Source: Candidatus Latescibacterota bacterium (GTDB lineage Bacteria; Latescibacterota; UBA2968; UBA8231). Taken from it: DNA of 64,000 bases. The stretch covers positions 3,712,001-3,776,000 of the forward strand of contig CBDCDC010000002.1 of assembly GCA_965215195.1 (NCBI GenBank). Reading direction: 5' to 3'. The position numbers and the translations under genes are program-made. This document shows positions 26,429-36,613 of this stretch, in pieces (the first letter of the stretch is position 1; the number at the start of each line of letters is the position of its first letter). The notes beneath the pieces are model-generated. The model made no database searches, was not told the DNA's origin, and worked only from the letters and a program-made list of their open reading frames with translations.

Positions 26429-27883
26429 TCAGCCCGCCAATTTTTGCAGCAGGCCCCAACCGCTGACGGCGGCCGAGGCGATCAGCACCAAAGTCGAGAG
26501 CACCGCGCCGCTGAGGACCCATGCGCGGGTGCGGTAGGAGGCGGGCAGCTTGAAGTTGAGATAGATGGCCGCGACCATCATTATGGCAATGGCCAAGTTG
26601 GCGATGAGGAAGCCGGCGATCTGGGTCAGGATGTCAAAGGGGATGTTGTTCCACACGATGAGCATGGTGGTGGCGAAGATGTAGAGGCAAATGACGCGCT
26701 TGATCGCTTGGTACTCCCAAGTGCGGTTGGGCCAGCGGGCCGCGAGAAACTCTTGGGCCACGCGGGCGTAGATTTCGGGCAGGGCTTGCAGGGTGCCCCA
26801 CAGCGCGGCGAGGATGCAGACGTAGTAAATCCACACTAAGCTCGGATGAATCTGACGCCAGACGTGGGCTTGGTGCGTCAGCAGGTTCCAGCCCTCGAAG
26901 CGGGTTTCGAGCGGGAAGAGCACGGTCGCCCCGGAAATCATAAAGGCCCCGGTGACGACAAAGAGGACCAGCGCCCCCAACGCCACATCCCAGCGCAGCG
27001 GCGACACGCGTTGCCGCAGGTGGTGGATTTGCTGGGGGTCGTCGGGTAGGTAGTTGATGGCCTCGCTGCGAGCGGCGCGGGCGCGGATGGCCTCGATATC
27101 TTGGTGGCCAGTCAGCCCCCACTTGTGCAGGCCAATCCAGTTGGCGTAGGCGATATAGCCAATGACCGAGCCGCCGACGTAGCCAAAGGTGGTGCCCAGC
27201 GCCAGCAGTGGATGCGCGACTGTGTCCGCGGGTGCCCAGTCTGGGAAGGGCGGCAGGTCGCCAAAGCGGAAGGTTCCCAAGATCGCCGCGCCCAAGTCTG
27301 GACGCACGATGAGGGTCCCGGCGATGGTCCCCGTGACTAGGATCGCGCAGATGACGAGTTGTTGCTTTTCGAGGCGTTCAAAGGACAGGCGGATGCCAAA
27401 GAACAGGGCCAAGGCAATAAAGGCCGAGGTTATGGCGTTTTCCCAGAAGACTTCTTCCTCGCCGGCCGGCAGGAGGTCGCGCAGCAAGAAGTGAAAGAGG
27501 TCGCCGCAGGGCTTGGACACGGGCACCCAAGCTAGGGGTGCGCCGATCATCTCAAAGAGCAGAATGGTCAACAGCAGCCACCCGCGCGGACCGGGCAGGC
27601 GCACGAGGCGGTGGCCGATCAGTTCGCCGCTGACAGCCGTGTAGCGGCCGATCAGATAAGTGAAGAAGACGCCCTTGACCAAGCAACTGAGCAAGACCAT
27701 CCACAACAAGCCATAGCCGGCCCAAGCACCGGCCCGCACCACGACGATGGTCTCGCCCGCACCAATGGCGACCGAGGCGACGATGGCCGCCGGGCCAAAG
27801 ACGGAGAGCATACCTAAGAGTTTCCTCAGCGACCAAGACTGGGCAAAGACGCCTTCGGGCGGCGGGATTTCTACTTTGTTCAT
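26429..27883 (-). CDS. NRAMP-superfamily (YcsG-like) permease
   Basis: GPAAIVASVAIGAGE...GYGLLW...GRYTAVSGE; about 11 TM segments. Confidence 0.8.
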   Translation of the reverse strand: MNKVEIPPPEGVFAQSWSLRKLLGMLSVFGPAAIVASVAIGAGETIVVVRAGAWAGYGLLWMVLLSCLVKGVFFTYLIGRYTAVSGELIGHRLVRLPGPRGWLLLTILLFEMIGAPLAWVPVSKPCGDLFHFLLRDLLPAGEEEVFWENAITSAFIALALFFGIRLSFERLEKQQLVICAILVTGTIAGTLIVRPDLGAAILGTFRFGDLPPFPDWAPADTVAHPLLALGTTFGYVGGSVIGYIAYANWIGLHKWGLTGHQDIEAIRARAARSEAINYLPDDPQQIHHLRQRVSPLRWDVALGALVLFVVTGAFMISGATVLFPLETRFEGWNLLTHQAHVWRQIHPSLVWIYYVCILAALWGTLQALPEIYARVAQEFLAARWPNRTWEYQAIKRVICLYIFATTMLIVWNNIPFDILTQIAGFLIANLAIAIMMVAAIYLNFKLPASYRTRAWVLSGAVLSTLVLIASAAVSGWGLLQKLAG

Positions 27884-27889
27884 TAGTAG

Positions 27890-29077
27890 TCAACTTTGCT
27901 GTGGAGGATTGCCGAGGTCGGGTACGGGGAGGAGGGTTCCCCCTTGGAGGGCGGACTCGTGGGCGACGAGGCCGGGGAGCATGTAGCGCGCCGCGTCCCA
28001 AGCGTTGTTGGGTGGAAGCTGGCCGCTGGCGCAGGCTGTGACAAAGTCATCGACGAGGAACTGATGTGCGCCCGCGTGGCCGTTGGGTAGGCCGGCGAAC
28101 TCGCACGGCAGGCGCTCGACCGGGTGAACGGCCGATGCGCCGAGGTGGGTGCCGTCGGCCGCGGTGACTTTGTCCATGGGGTCGTCGGGCAGGCGCGGCT
28201 GGCCGGTACAGGCTAGGAGCGGATCGAGGTTTTCTTGTTGGGCGTGGTCCTTGGTCAGCCAACGGGCACCGCTGGCGGATTGCTCGAAGCAGCCTTCGGT
28301 GCCTTGGAAAGTCATTTGCACGCAGCCGGGGTGGCCGATGCGGCGGAATTCGTTGATGCGGCAGGTGCTGCCGTCGGACATCTTGTACAGGGCGCTCTGG
28401 TTGCTGAAGGGGTTTTGCCAGTCGTTGTGCTGGTAGATGCCGTCGGCGTGCTTGTCGCGGAAGCCTTGGCAGGACACGTGCGTCATGCGGGCACCTGTAA
28501 CCGAGATGATTTGGCTCGTCGAATGGGTCGGGTAATACATCGGCGGAATGCCGGCGGTCTCGCGCCAGTTTTCTCGGCCGCGCCAGCGGGCCACGTCGTA
28601 GAGGCCGTGATCCCAGTCGTGGTAGTACTCGGCTTGGCCATAGACGATCTGGCCAAAAGCACCGCGGGCATGCTGCTGGCGGCAGTAGAGTACACCGGGA
28701 TAGTAATAGCTGGTCTCCCCGAGCATGTACACCTTGCCACTGCGCGCCGCGGCCGCGACTAGGGACTCGATTTCAGAGACGCTGATGCCGGGGGGGACGG
28801 CTGAGTACACGTGTTTGCCGGCCTCTAGTACTTGGACGGCTTGGGGGCCGTGAAGCCAGTTTTGAGTGAAGAGGCAGATCGCGTCCATTGATGAGTAGCA
28901 GAGGAGGTCGAGCGAGGGGCAGGTGTCGGGTAGCTGGTGTTTGGCGGCGTTGAGTGCCAGCTTCTCGCCATCCAAATCACACAGTACTACTTGGGCGACT
29001 AGGGGATGCGCTTTGAAGAGGGGAATAAAGCTCTGGGCGAAAGCGCCCGTGCCGACGATGCCGATGCGTAAACTCAT
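27890..29077 (-). CDS. Gfo/Idh/MocA family oxidoreductase
   Basis: MSLRIGIVGTG, GKHVYSAVP, YMLGETS, PPMYYPTHS, NGHAGAHQFLVDDF. Confidence 0.9.
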   Translation of the reverse strand: MSLRIGIVGTGAFAQSFIPLFKAHPLVAQVVLCDLDGEKLALNAAKHQLPDTCPSLDLLCYSSMDAICLFTQNWLHGPQAVQVLEAGKHVYSAVPPGISVSEIESLVAAAARSGKVYMLGETSYYYPGVLYCRQQHARGAFGQIVYGQAEYYHDWDHGLYDVARWRGRENWRETAGIPPMYYPTHSTSQIISVTGARMTHVSCQGFRDKHADGIYQHNDWQNPFSNQSALYKMSDGSTCRINEFRRIGHPGCVQMTFQGTEGCFEQSASGARWLTKDHAQQENLDPLLACTGQPRLPDDPMDKVTAADGTHLGASAVHPVERLPCEFAGLPNGHAGAHQFLVDDFVTACASGQLPPNNAWDAARYMLPGLVAHESALQGGTLLPVPDLGNPPQQS

Positions 29078-29143
29078 GGGGAGGCAAGGTACGGCGGGCC
29101 GATAGGCCGCGCAATAGAACCTGTAATTGGCGGGCACTATTCG

Positions 29144-30232
29144 CTATTCTATGGCGCGCACTTCGTCGGACCAATCCCGCCAGATGTCGCCGTTGGTATT
29201 GTCCACGACCAGTGGGTCGGGGAGGGATGCCGGCGTTTTGAGGAAACCGTAGATGGTCGCTTGGCGGATGACGTCGGTAGATACATTCTGCCCGGCCATG
29301 TGCAAAATTTTGGTGTGCCACAAAACCACTGTGCCGGCGGGGCCGTGGCAATCGACGGGCTGGGTATCGACCTTGATGCGTTGAATGACCGGGTCGTTGT
29401 AGCCGCCGGCCTTGCGTTCCGGCAAGTGTTTGTCCGTGTGCTTTTCGCCGGCGAGGAAGGCCTGCCACTGCTCGCGCCAGATCCGGCTGTGGCTGCCCGG
29501 CCACACTGTGAAGCCGCCGGAGTTGGGCGGCAGATCGTCGATGTAAGCCGACATTTGCAGCCGCCAGCGGCCGTAGCAGGCACCGTCGGAGTGGGCGCTG
29601 CGGTATTCGGGGTTAGGAGACGGGCTGTTGGGCAGAGTGCAATACAAGCCGCGCGTCCCTTGCCCGTTGAGCCACACCGGCCCGGTTTTGGGCAGGCGCA
29701 GGGCTTCCTCGGTGGTGAAGGATCCTTTCTCTGGCCACTTCTCGATCTCTTTGCCCAAGTGGCTGGCCAGCCCTCCCACTGCGTCGTCGCACATGAAGCA
29801 CGGACCCGTCGTGATGCCAGCGTCATCTTCCCCAGCGGGCCACACCACCGTGCCCGCGCCGAGCAATTGCTCGGCGACTTGCCACAAGGCTCGGGGGGCC
29901 AAGTCGAGCATGAATTGTTCGGCGCCGTTGCGGACATAGAAGCGGTGGCCGCTGCCGGCGAAATAGGGGTCGCCGCCGATCTCGGGCCGTTGCGCGTTTA
30001 GCTCGGCGCTTTCTTCGTCGGTGAGCGGCCCCCAAGTAGAGGGATTGTCCCGCTTCATGCGGGGCAGGTGGGTTGCAATCACGGCCCACATTTCGTCCCT
30101 CGCTCGGCGGCAGAGTTCGGGGTTGAGCACGGCGGGGAGCACGAGGAAGCCGTCGCGCTTGAACTGGGCGATCTGGCCCGCCGTCAGGAGCGGGACTTGC
30201 TTCACACTTGGGTTGGTTGGCGTTGGTTGCAT
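29144..30232 (-). CDS. PhyH-family Fe(II)/2OG dioxygenase
   Basis: LT..QIAQFKRDGFLVL, AHSD, GGFTVWPGSH, GPAGTVVLWH..ILH...N. Confidence 0.85.
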   Translation of the reverse strand: MQPTPTNPSVKQVPLLTAGQIAQFKRDGFLVLPAVLNPELCRRARDEMWAVIATHLPRMKRDNPSTWGPLTDEESAELNAQRPEIGGDPYFAGSGHRFYVRNGAEQFMLDLAPRALWQVAEQLLGAGTVVWPAGEDDAGITTGPCFMCDDAVGGLASHLGKEIEKWPEKGSFTTEEALRLPKTGPVWLNGQGTRGLYCTLPNSPSPNPEYRSAHSDGACYGRWRLQMSAYIDDLPPNSGGFTVWPGSHSRIWREQWQAFLAGEKHTDKHLPERKAGGYNDPVIQRIKVDTQPVDCHGPAGTVVLWHTKILHMAGQNVSTDVIRQATIYGFLKTPASLPDPLVVDNTNGDIWRDWSDEVRAIE

Positions 30233-30484
30233 TTTCCTTTTCTTATTGGACCGGCAGTTAGGGGCTGAGGTGTAGGCGTTACAAAGGGTCTTTTAGGGGG
30301 TTTGGGCAAGCGGCCCGCCGGTCGGCCTCTCGCGCCGTGGAGCACCGGACCCTTGGGTCCTTCAGTCGAGGTCCATGCTTCCCTTGTTTTCAGATATAAA
30401 AATAAGAATGGGCCTAATTAGCGTTCATGCTGGAATGCGCTAATAACATAACTCGACTGTGAAGCCGCAAACACTCATGTCGGC

Positions 30485-31645
30485 TTATGGTAATTCGGTC
30501 CCCTCGCCGAGAATGGCAAGATATTGGTCATAACCGAAAAGCCGATTCCGCTTCTTGCCCGTCAATTCGCGCACCACTCCGACCCGTTCGAGTATCTGTA
30601 TTCCAGCGGTAACCGCGGGGACCGACAGTTCCGTGCGCTTGGCAAGTTCTTGGATCGATGCAATCGGGTGCTCCTGCAAAGCCCGATGGACGCGCAACGC
30701 CGACCCCGCCGCACGACCTGTCTGTTGTATCTTTGCCTGATCTTCCTGAAATAGAGCGAGCAACCGCTGTGCGGTAGAGACGGCTCCCTCCGCGGTCTGG
30801 GTCACGCCATCGAGAAAGAACGCGAGCCACGCTTCCCAGTCCCCGTTTTTTCGCACAGCATTGAGGAGTTCGTAATAGCTCTCTCGGTGCTGTTTGAAGT
30901 AGAGGCTTAAGTACAGCAATGGCTCGCGCAGCACTCGGTCGTGACACAGCAGGAACGCGATCAGCAAGCGGCCGACTCGTCCATTGCCGTCGAGAAAGGG
31001 ATGGATAGTCTCGAATTGGACGTGGGCGAGTCCCGCCCGTAGGAGTGAGGGCATTCCGCAAGCCTCGGTATGGAGAAATCGCTCCAAATCCGACATACAC
31101 TCTGCAACGGCGTGTGCCGGCGCGGACACAAAGTGCGCCGTTCCGGGCCGGCTGCCGCCAATCCAGTTTTGTGAGCGCCGGAATTCACCTGGGGTTTTGT
31201 CGCTGCCGCGGCCCCGTGCGAGTAACTCGGCGTGGAGCTCGCGGATGAGGCGATTGCAGAGCGGGAACCCCTCGCGTATCCGGCTCAATCCGTGTTCTAG
31301 TGCCGCCACATAATTCGAGACCTCGACGACATCGTCGAGGGGGGTCCCTGGCATCTCCTCTAGTTCAAACAACAGAAGATCCGATAGTGAGGACTGGGTA
31401 CCCTCGATCTGGGAGGACAGCACAGCCTCTTTGCGGACATAGGTATAAAGGAACAGGTGAGTGTCGGGCAGCAACACGGAGAGACTGTCCAACCGGCCTA
31501 GCGCCAGCAATGCTTTCTCTAGGGGATCCTGAAGAACTACCAGATCCAGCGCAGGCGTGGGCGGAAGCGGCGCAGGTACGAAAGCCCGCACTGTCTCATC
31601 GCCAACGATCGTGGTTTCGTATCGGCCGGTTTCGCCGCGTCTCAC
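30485..31645 (-). CDS. Fic family protein with N-terminal DUF4172-type region and C-terminal HTH
   Basis: EAVLSSQIEGT inhibitory helix, PGEFRRSQNWIG, HPFLDGNGRVGR catalytic motif, C-terminal winged-helix (ELTGKKRNRLF). Confidence 0.93.
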   Translation of the reverse strand: MRRGETGRYETTIVGDETVRAFVPAPLPPTPALDLVVLQDPLEKALLALGRLDSLSVLLPDTHLFLYTYVRKEAVLSSQIEGTQSSLSDLLLFELEEMPGTPLDDVVEVSNYVAALEHGLSRIREGFPLCNRLIRELHAELLARGRGSDKTPGEFRRSQNWIGGSRPGTAHFVSAPAHAVAECMSDLERFLHTEACGMPSLLRAGLAHVQFETIHPFLDGNGRVGRLLIAFLLCHDRVLREPLLYLSLYFKQHRESYYELLNAVRKNGDWEAWLAFFLDGVTQTAEGAVSTAQRLLALFQEDQAKIQQTGRAAGSALRVHRALQEHPIASIQELAKRTELSVPAVTAGIQILERVGVVRELTGKKRNRLFGYDQYLAILGEGTELP

Positions 31646-31656
31646 GGAGAGGTTTC

Positions 31657-31719
31657 CTTATTAAGCACAACGTAATAAGCCGTATTGTTATTAACATTTA
31701 ACACTAAAGTCTTAATAAG
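31657..31719. promoter_or_regulatory. Four palindromic boxes upstream of fic (candidate operators)
   Basis: CTTATTAAG 31657, CGTAATAAG 31671, GTTATTAAC 31687, CTTAATAAG 31711. Confidence 0.55.
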
Positions 31720-31785
31720 AACTGTCGAACGCAAGGGATGAGCGTCAGTAATAGTGCAGGCTATCCATGCTCCCTTAGCTGAGGC

Positions 31786-32799
31786 TCAAACGCCACCAGC
31801 GTCGGTGAGCAAGCCGATGGCAGCCGCGAGCCGGTCCTTGTCTTTGACCTTTGAGCGCAACGCAGTCGCCAACGGCGTCTGGCCCTTGTCGTCTTTGGCG
31901 TTCACTTCGGCCCCGCGGTCGAGCAGCAAGGCGACGATGCGGTCGAATCCCGCTTTGGCGGCACAGTGCAACGCCGTCTGGCCCTTGTGGTTCCTGACAT
32001 TGACGTCAGCACCGCGGTCAAGCAGGTCGCGCACGCGCTGGACATTGCCGCCGCGATCGCCGCGCGACTGAAAGACAAGGGGCGGCCAGCCGCCCTCGGC
32101 GTGGTCCACATCCACTGAGACGCCGCGAGCGGTCAACAATTCGATGATCTCGGCATTGACGATGCCGGAACGAGGAACCTCGGCGTGGGTTGGATCGGCC
32201 CCGGCGTCGAGCAGGGCCTTGAGGATGTCGGCGCGATCCCGCCACACGGCAAAGCGAATCAGCCCGCCACTGTACGGCCGCGGGTCGGCACCCCGCGCCA
32301 ATAGCATAGAGACGATGGCGAGGTGCCCGGCGCTGACGGCGTAATGCAAAACCGTCGTGCGCTGGCTGGAATCGTGCTGGGCTTTCTCGGCCGTTGCCAG
32401 CTCCGGGTCTCGGTTGAGGTAGAAGGCGACCGCATCGCTCTCGCCGAGAAAGGCCGCGGTGTAAATGTCGGTTGCGGCACCGCGTGTTAGTAGCCGGTCG
32501 GCGACCGCGTGGTGGCGCTTGTAACGCGCGGCGCAGTAGGGAGAGATTTCGACCAGCAGCGGCGTGAAGTGACAGCCGCAGGCGTGGATGTCAGCGCCTC
32601 GGTCGAGCAGGTAATCAACCATGGCGAGCCGTCCCCGGTACGCGGCTTCCCACAACATGGTGCGGCCGTGCGAACCGACGCGGCCGATCCACGCTGGTTT
32701 CTGCGCCAATACGGCTTGGACCGTTTGCAGGTCGTCGCGCCCGGCGGCAGCCACCGCGATCTTGAGAAAATCACTAATTTTTCCCGGCAAAATCGACAT
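31786..32799 (-). CDS. Ankyrin repeat protein
   Basis: GRTMLWEAA, TVLHYAV..GH, GQTALHCAA..G, LLDRGADVN, GQTPLATA. Confidence 0.92.
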   Translation of the reverse strand: MSILPGKISDFLKIAVAAAGRDDLQTVQAVLAQKPAWIGRVGSHGRTMLWEAAYRGRLAMVDYLLDRGADIHACGCHFTPLLVEISPYCAARYKRHHAVADRLLTRGAATDIYTAAFLGESDAVAFYLNRDPELATAEKAQHDSSQRTTVLHYAVSAGHLAIVSMLLARGADPRPYSGGLIRFAVWRDRADILKALLDAGADPTHAEVPRSGIVNAEIIELLTARGVSVDVDHAEGGWPPLVFQSRGDRGGNVQRVRDLLDRGADVNVRNHKGQTALHCAAKAGFDRIVALLLDRGAEVNAKDDKGQTPLATALRSKVKDKDRLAAAIGLLTDAGGV

Positions 32800-32838
32800 T
32801 GTTGCCCGACCTTATCACAACCAACGGGTTTCGAGATT

Positions 32839-34212
32839 TCACGGACTGTAATAGTTCCAAGTCATCTTACTGCGGCGGTAGTGGTCTTGCGACCACAGGC
32901 GTGGCCGATCAGCCAGATTTTCGGACTCGTTGAAGTAGATGTGGAGTTGGTTGCCGTGCAAGACGATCAGTTCTTCGCGCCAATCTCCAGCCACATCGGC
33001 GACGTAGAGCCGGTCGGCCTTTTCCTCGAAGCGGTGGAGAAACTGCCCGCTGAGCGGGTCGAAGATGCCAATGTCCCCGGAGGTATGGCGCTCTTTGGCC
33101 GCGGCAAGCTGTTTGCGGGCACCCGTCCAATCGATCTTGTGGATGACCTCAACGCCTCTTGCGGTCCAGCCCTCGGGTGCGACATCGTCCATCTGGTAAT
33201 CCGCGATCTTCTCTCCCCGTGCGTCAAAGATGAAGGGTTTCTGATGCTCGTTATAGCGGCTCCGACACCATATCTCCAAGCCCGGCCGCTCTAGGTCGAA
33301 CTCGCCGACCGCCGCATTCTGAGGTTCCTGGTGGCGGAAGTGCGTTTCCCACAAGAGCTGTTCGTGGTTGTAGAGGAAAATGCGATTGCCGCCGCCTTCT
33401 TCCAAGGCGACGATTTCCAAGCCCGGTATATCGGGCCGTACGTCGTAGATGAAGATTGAGTCGATGTGACCTTTTAGGGGAATTCGCAATAAAATTTTGC
33501 CAGCGGCAGAGACGACCGTACCGCCGATCACCTCGTCGTACCCATCTCCGTTCAGATCCGCCAGCCGCGCGCCGTTGTGGGCGCAGGCGACGAAATCGTC
33601 GCGTTGCCACAGGGGGACAAAATGTCCGCGCCGGAGATCGGCCAGCGCATAGGCCGCTAGAAAGCGCCCCATGCGGTAGCCTTTGGCATTGGTGGCTTGG
33701 AGGAGTAAATCGCGATCTCCCGCGCCGCGGAAATTGGCGACGACCAAATGCTCCCAGCGTTGGACGCCGTTGGGGATGGGAGGCTTTGCGCTCCACTGCT
33801 CGCGCCCGGTAGGGCCAGCAACCACGTGGAGCGTGCCATCTTGGGTAAGGAACAGCACTTCGACCTGTTTGTCGCCATCGACGTCAGCAGCCTGAACGCC
33901 TGGCCCGTGATGGCCGGGTAGGCCGACGCGCCCTGAGGAGCCGCCCACACAGAGGTCGGTTTCGATCGTCCAGAGCTTGCGGCCATCGTGGGCATGAGCC
34001 GCGAGATAATTGGGAACCGTGACCAAGTAATCCATGCGTCCATCCCCATTCAGATCGGCGACAATTAGGCCGCCGGCAGAATCCGTAGGGCCGGGAATGT
34101 CCAATTGGATGACGAATGGATTTACGCGGTATGCAGGCCAGTGCGACCGCGCGTTCCCGGCAGTAGAACAACTGGCTAGCATGAACAGCGTCAGGAGAAG
34201 TTGCAATGCCAT
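32839..34212 (-). CDS. FG-GAP/VCBS beta-propeller lipoprotein (PL11-like fold)
   Basis: Lipobox MLASC after MALQLLL; ADLNGDGRMD, ADVDGD, ADLNGDGYDE, ADVAGDWREE. Confidence 0.75.
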   Translation of the reverse strand: MALQLLLTLFMLASCSTAGNARSHWPAYRVNPFVIQLDIPGPTDSAGGLIVADLNGDGRMDYLVTVPNYLAAHAHDGRKLWTIETDLCVGGSSGRVGLPGHHGPGVQAADVDGDKQVEVLFLTQDGTLHVVAGPTGREQWSAKPPIPNGVQRWEHLVVANFRGAGDRDLLLQATNAKGYRMGRFLAAYALADLRRGHFVPLWQRDDFVACAHNGARLADLNGDGYDEVIGGTVVSAAGKILLRIPLKGHIDSIFIYDVRPDIPGLEIVALEEGGGNRIFLYNHEQLLWETHFRHQEPQNAAVGEFDLERPGLEIWCRSRYNEHQKPFIFDARGEKIADYQMDDVAPEGWTARGVEVIHKIDWTGARKQLAAAKERHTSGDIGIFDPLSGQFLHRFEEKADRLYVADVAGDWREELIVLHGNQLHIYFNESENLADRPRLWSQDHYRRSKMTWNYYSP

Positions 34213-34219
34213 GAAATGT

Positions 34220-35155
34220 TTAGACCCCGTTCGATTGGGCGCAGGCCAAAGCGACAATGGCAGCGGGCGCTCGCCAAAACGCAGACCAATTCTCGCCTCT
34301 ATCCTCACTGCGATGGAGCTGATCCTCGACAGCGACCCAAGCAATCCCCTCGGCGTCAAAGGCGATGTGGAAAGTGTCGATATTGCCCCTGACCTCGGGG
34401 AAGCCGGCAAGCGCCCGGGTCCAAGTGCGACCCGCGTCGTGCGAAAAGTAGAGCTTGCCCTGCACATCCCTGCGACCCCCAGGCCCTTTGCTGACGCTGG
34501 CCAGCAGGCAGTCGGGATCGTGCGGATGGACGGCGAGGGCGCGGCCATAGCGGTTTGCCAAGCCCTCCTGCCGATGCTCCCAAGAACGGCCGTAGTCGTC
34601 GCTGACAAAGACCGCGTCCGCACTATTGGCGTACAGGCGTCCTGCGCGGCTAGGGGCGGTCGCCACCTGATGCACATCGGCGTGCAAGTCCGGAGTCACC
34701 GGCGCCCAAGTAGCGCCGCGGTCGGGCGAACGCATGATGCTGCCGACGTGGATATCGGCAAAAACCCAATCGCCGCTGCGCGCCAAACTGCGCACGGCCG
34801 GCGGACCGCCCCAAGGCGTGTACCAGCTCGAGCGGCATTCCAAAGCGTCAAAGGATTCTATCCGACTCGCTGGTTCTCCGTCGCCGTTGAGACAGTACAC
34901 GTGGGGCGGCTCGGTGCCCAGCAGCACTTGCAGCGGCTCCTCGGATAGCAAGGCAATACACTTGACCGAATCGCCGATGCCGGTGGCCTGCGGTTGGGCT
35001 TGGCCATTGGCCAAAACGACTACTTGGCCATCGGCCAGACCAATGGCGGAACAACGGACGCCCTCGTCTAGGCAGCGGATGCCGTCAATGGCCAAGCGCT
35101 GCGCGGGCGTTTCTCCCTCCAAGGTGAAGACCTGATTGCTGGTAGCTATGAGCAT
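34220..35155 (-). CDS. BNR/Asp-box beta-propeller protein
   Basis: S.D.G..W boxes (SPDRGATW, SDDYGRSW, SHDAGRTW, SEDRGENW); WYTPWGGPP. Confidence 0.85.
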   Translation of the reverse strand: MLIATSNQVFTLEGETPAQRLAIDGIRCLDEGVRCSAIGLADGQVVVLANGQAQPQATGIGDSVKCIALLSEEPLQVLLGTEPPHVYCLNGDGEPASRIESFDALECRSSWYTPWGGPPAVRSLARSGDWVFADIHVGSIMRSPDRGATWAPVTPDLHADVHQVATAPSRAGRLYANSADAVFVSDDYGRSWEHRQEGLANRYGRALAVHPHDPDCLLASVSKGPGGRRDVQGKLYFSHDAGRTWTRALAGFPEVRGNIDTFHIAFDAEGIAWVAVEDQLHRSEDRGENWSAFWRAPAAIVALACAQSNGV

Positions 35156-35173
35156 GATCGTCCTCCAAAAGCC

Positions 35174-35206
35174 AAACCCGCCGGCTCATGGTGCCGGCGG
35201 GTTTTT
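35174..35206. terminator. GC-rich hairpin, probable terminator
   Basis: AAACCCGCCGGC-tcatggt-GCCGGCGGGTTT with T tracts possible in both directions. Confidence 0.7.
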
Positions 35207-35286
35207 GTGGCAGCCTGTTGCGCCGTATGAAACTAAGCTAATTCAACCCTGTCAAGGCTGCGGGCTTGATGACTTGACGCACGTTC

Positions 35287-36576
35287 TCAGCGCTTGAAGT
35301 CGTACTCCATCAGTTCGGCCGTGCCCTGCCATACGATACCGTTGTGCCCCAGCCGACGCGCTTCGCTGACGATGCGGTCGATTGCCTCTGGCGGCCAACC
35401 CTCTCCGTGGATAATCGGATAGGATGGCATGTCCGCCGGTAGGTACAGTTTGGCCTTCACCAGATCCCGCAAAACCAAGTCGGCCGTGGGGATCCGATAG
35501 GCCAGCGTCGCCGGCTCGTCAGCGCCGTAGGCGGCGATGGTCTCTGGCAACCCCATGCCGTCGTACCCGGTAAACCGATAGACGAGCTGCAGGGCATCCT
35601 CTTCCTGCAGGTTGGGAATTTCCTCCTGTAGAAAGCGGGCCCACTCGATGAACGTGTTGCAGACAAAGGCGGAAATGTGGGACACCAGCGGGCTGGCAAA
35701 ATCGGCCATCTCACCCCAACGCCGGTAATCGTGGCCCGCCGTCAGGGCCATGGAGGCCGGGTAGGTGTCGGTGCCAAAGGCCGTGTTAGGGGCCGCGGCA
35801 TGCACTGCCGCCCGAAAGCGCGCCAGATTGCGCACGATCAGGTCACAGCGGAAGCGGACCCAGTCGAGTACCCCCGACCTCAGACCGAGCGCGTGGACCA
35901 CATCGAAGAAACCAACCCCGAGACGGACTACCTCGCCGAGGTGAGCACCGTCGAGCTGGCGCAGGCCCTCTCGGGCGCGCTGCAAGTCCTCCACCATCGC
36001 TGCCATGTCGTAACCGAGCTCTTGAGCGGCGGCCGTGCAAGAAGAACAGGTGCAGCCAAAAAGCCCCAGGGGAAAGCTGCCCATCGGATAGCGGAAGTGG
36101 GTGATGTCGAGCGCGTCGAGATCGTACTGGGTCGCCCAATACACACACACGGCCTCGATCCAGTCTTGCACATCCTCCCGCGATGGACAGAACATGAGAC
36201 GGCGAATCGTCCAAGCTCCTCCGTACGTCCACACCTTCAGGCCTGCTTCCTTTAGCTGTCCCACAGCCTTTCTGAATGCTTCGTCGTCGCCTTGGGCCGC
36301 AACGCCGGGACCGCACAGGGCCTGAGCCTGCTGGTATTCCCGCGGATCTACGGGCCGACCATCGAAATGCCGCATAACGAGCTTGCCCAGTTCCTCTGCG
36401 GTCGGTGTGCGTCCTCCATAGGGACTGAGGGCGAGCACCTCCGCCGATAGCTGGCCGGTAAAGGAGAGAACTACCGCATTCAGACCGATCTCATCGCGCA
36501 GCCGCTCGACATAATCGGGGTATTTGAGCACCTCATCCGTGGTCAGATAAATTCCCGTGAGCCAATTATTGGTCAT
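35287..36576 (-). CDS. Hypothetical cytoplasmic protein, probable glycoside-hydrolase-like TIM barrel with CxCxxC
   Basis: FCPS, YDLDALDITHFRY, GCTCSSC, W..FRC pattern reminiscent of GHL10/GH42-like barrels; AAGGAGG RBS. Confidence 0.55.
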   Translation of the reverse strand: MTNNWLTGIYLTTDEVLKYPDYVERLRDEIGLNAVVLSFTGQLSAEVLALSPYGGRTPTAEELGKLVMRHFDGRPVDPREYQQAQALCGPGVAAQGDDEAFRKAVGQLKEAGLKVWTYGGAWTIRRLMFCPSREDVQDWIEAVCVYWATQYDLDALDITHFRYPMGSFPLGLFGCTCSSCTAAAQELGYDMAAMVEDLQRAREGLRQLDGAHLGEVVRLGVGFFDVVHALGLRSGVLDWVRFRCDLIVRNLARFRAAVHAAAPNTAFGTDTYPASMALTAGHDYRRWGEMADFASPLVSHISAFVCNTFIEWARFLQEEIPNLQEEDALQLVYRFTGYDGMGLPETIAAYGADEPATLAYRIPTADLVLRDLVKAKLYLPADMPSYPIIHGEGWPPEAIDRIVSEARRLGHNGIVWQGTAELMEYDFKR

Positions 36577-36613
36577 TTGTTTCCCTCCTTTCGGGAGTCG
36601 TTATATCCCGGAC

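Noticed and set aside
30410-30465. Integron attC or Xer dif site downstream of fic
   Set aside because: TTATGTTATT resembles a XerD arm and GCCTAAT resembles an attC end, but the partner arm or GTTRRRY end is missing and no integrase is nearby.
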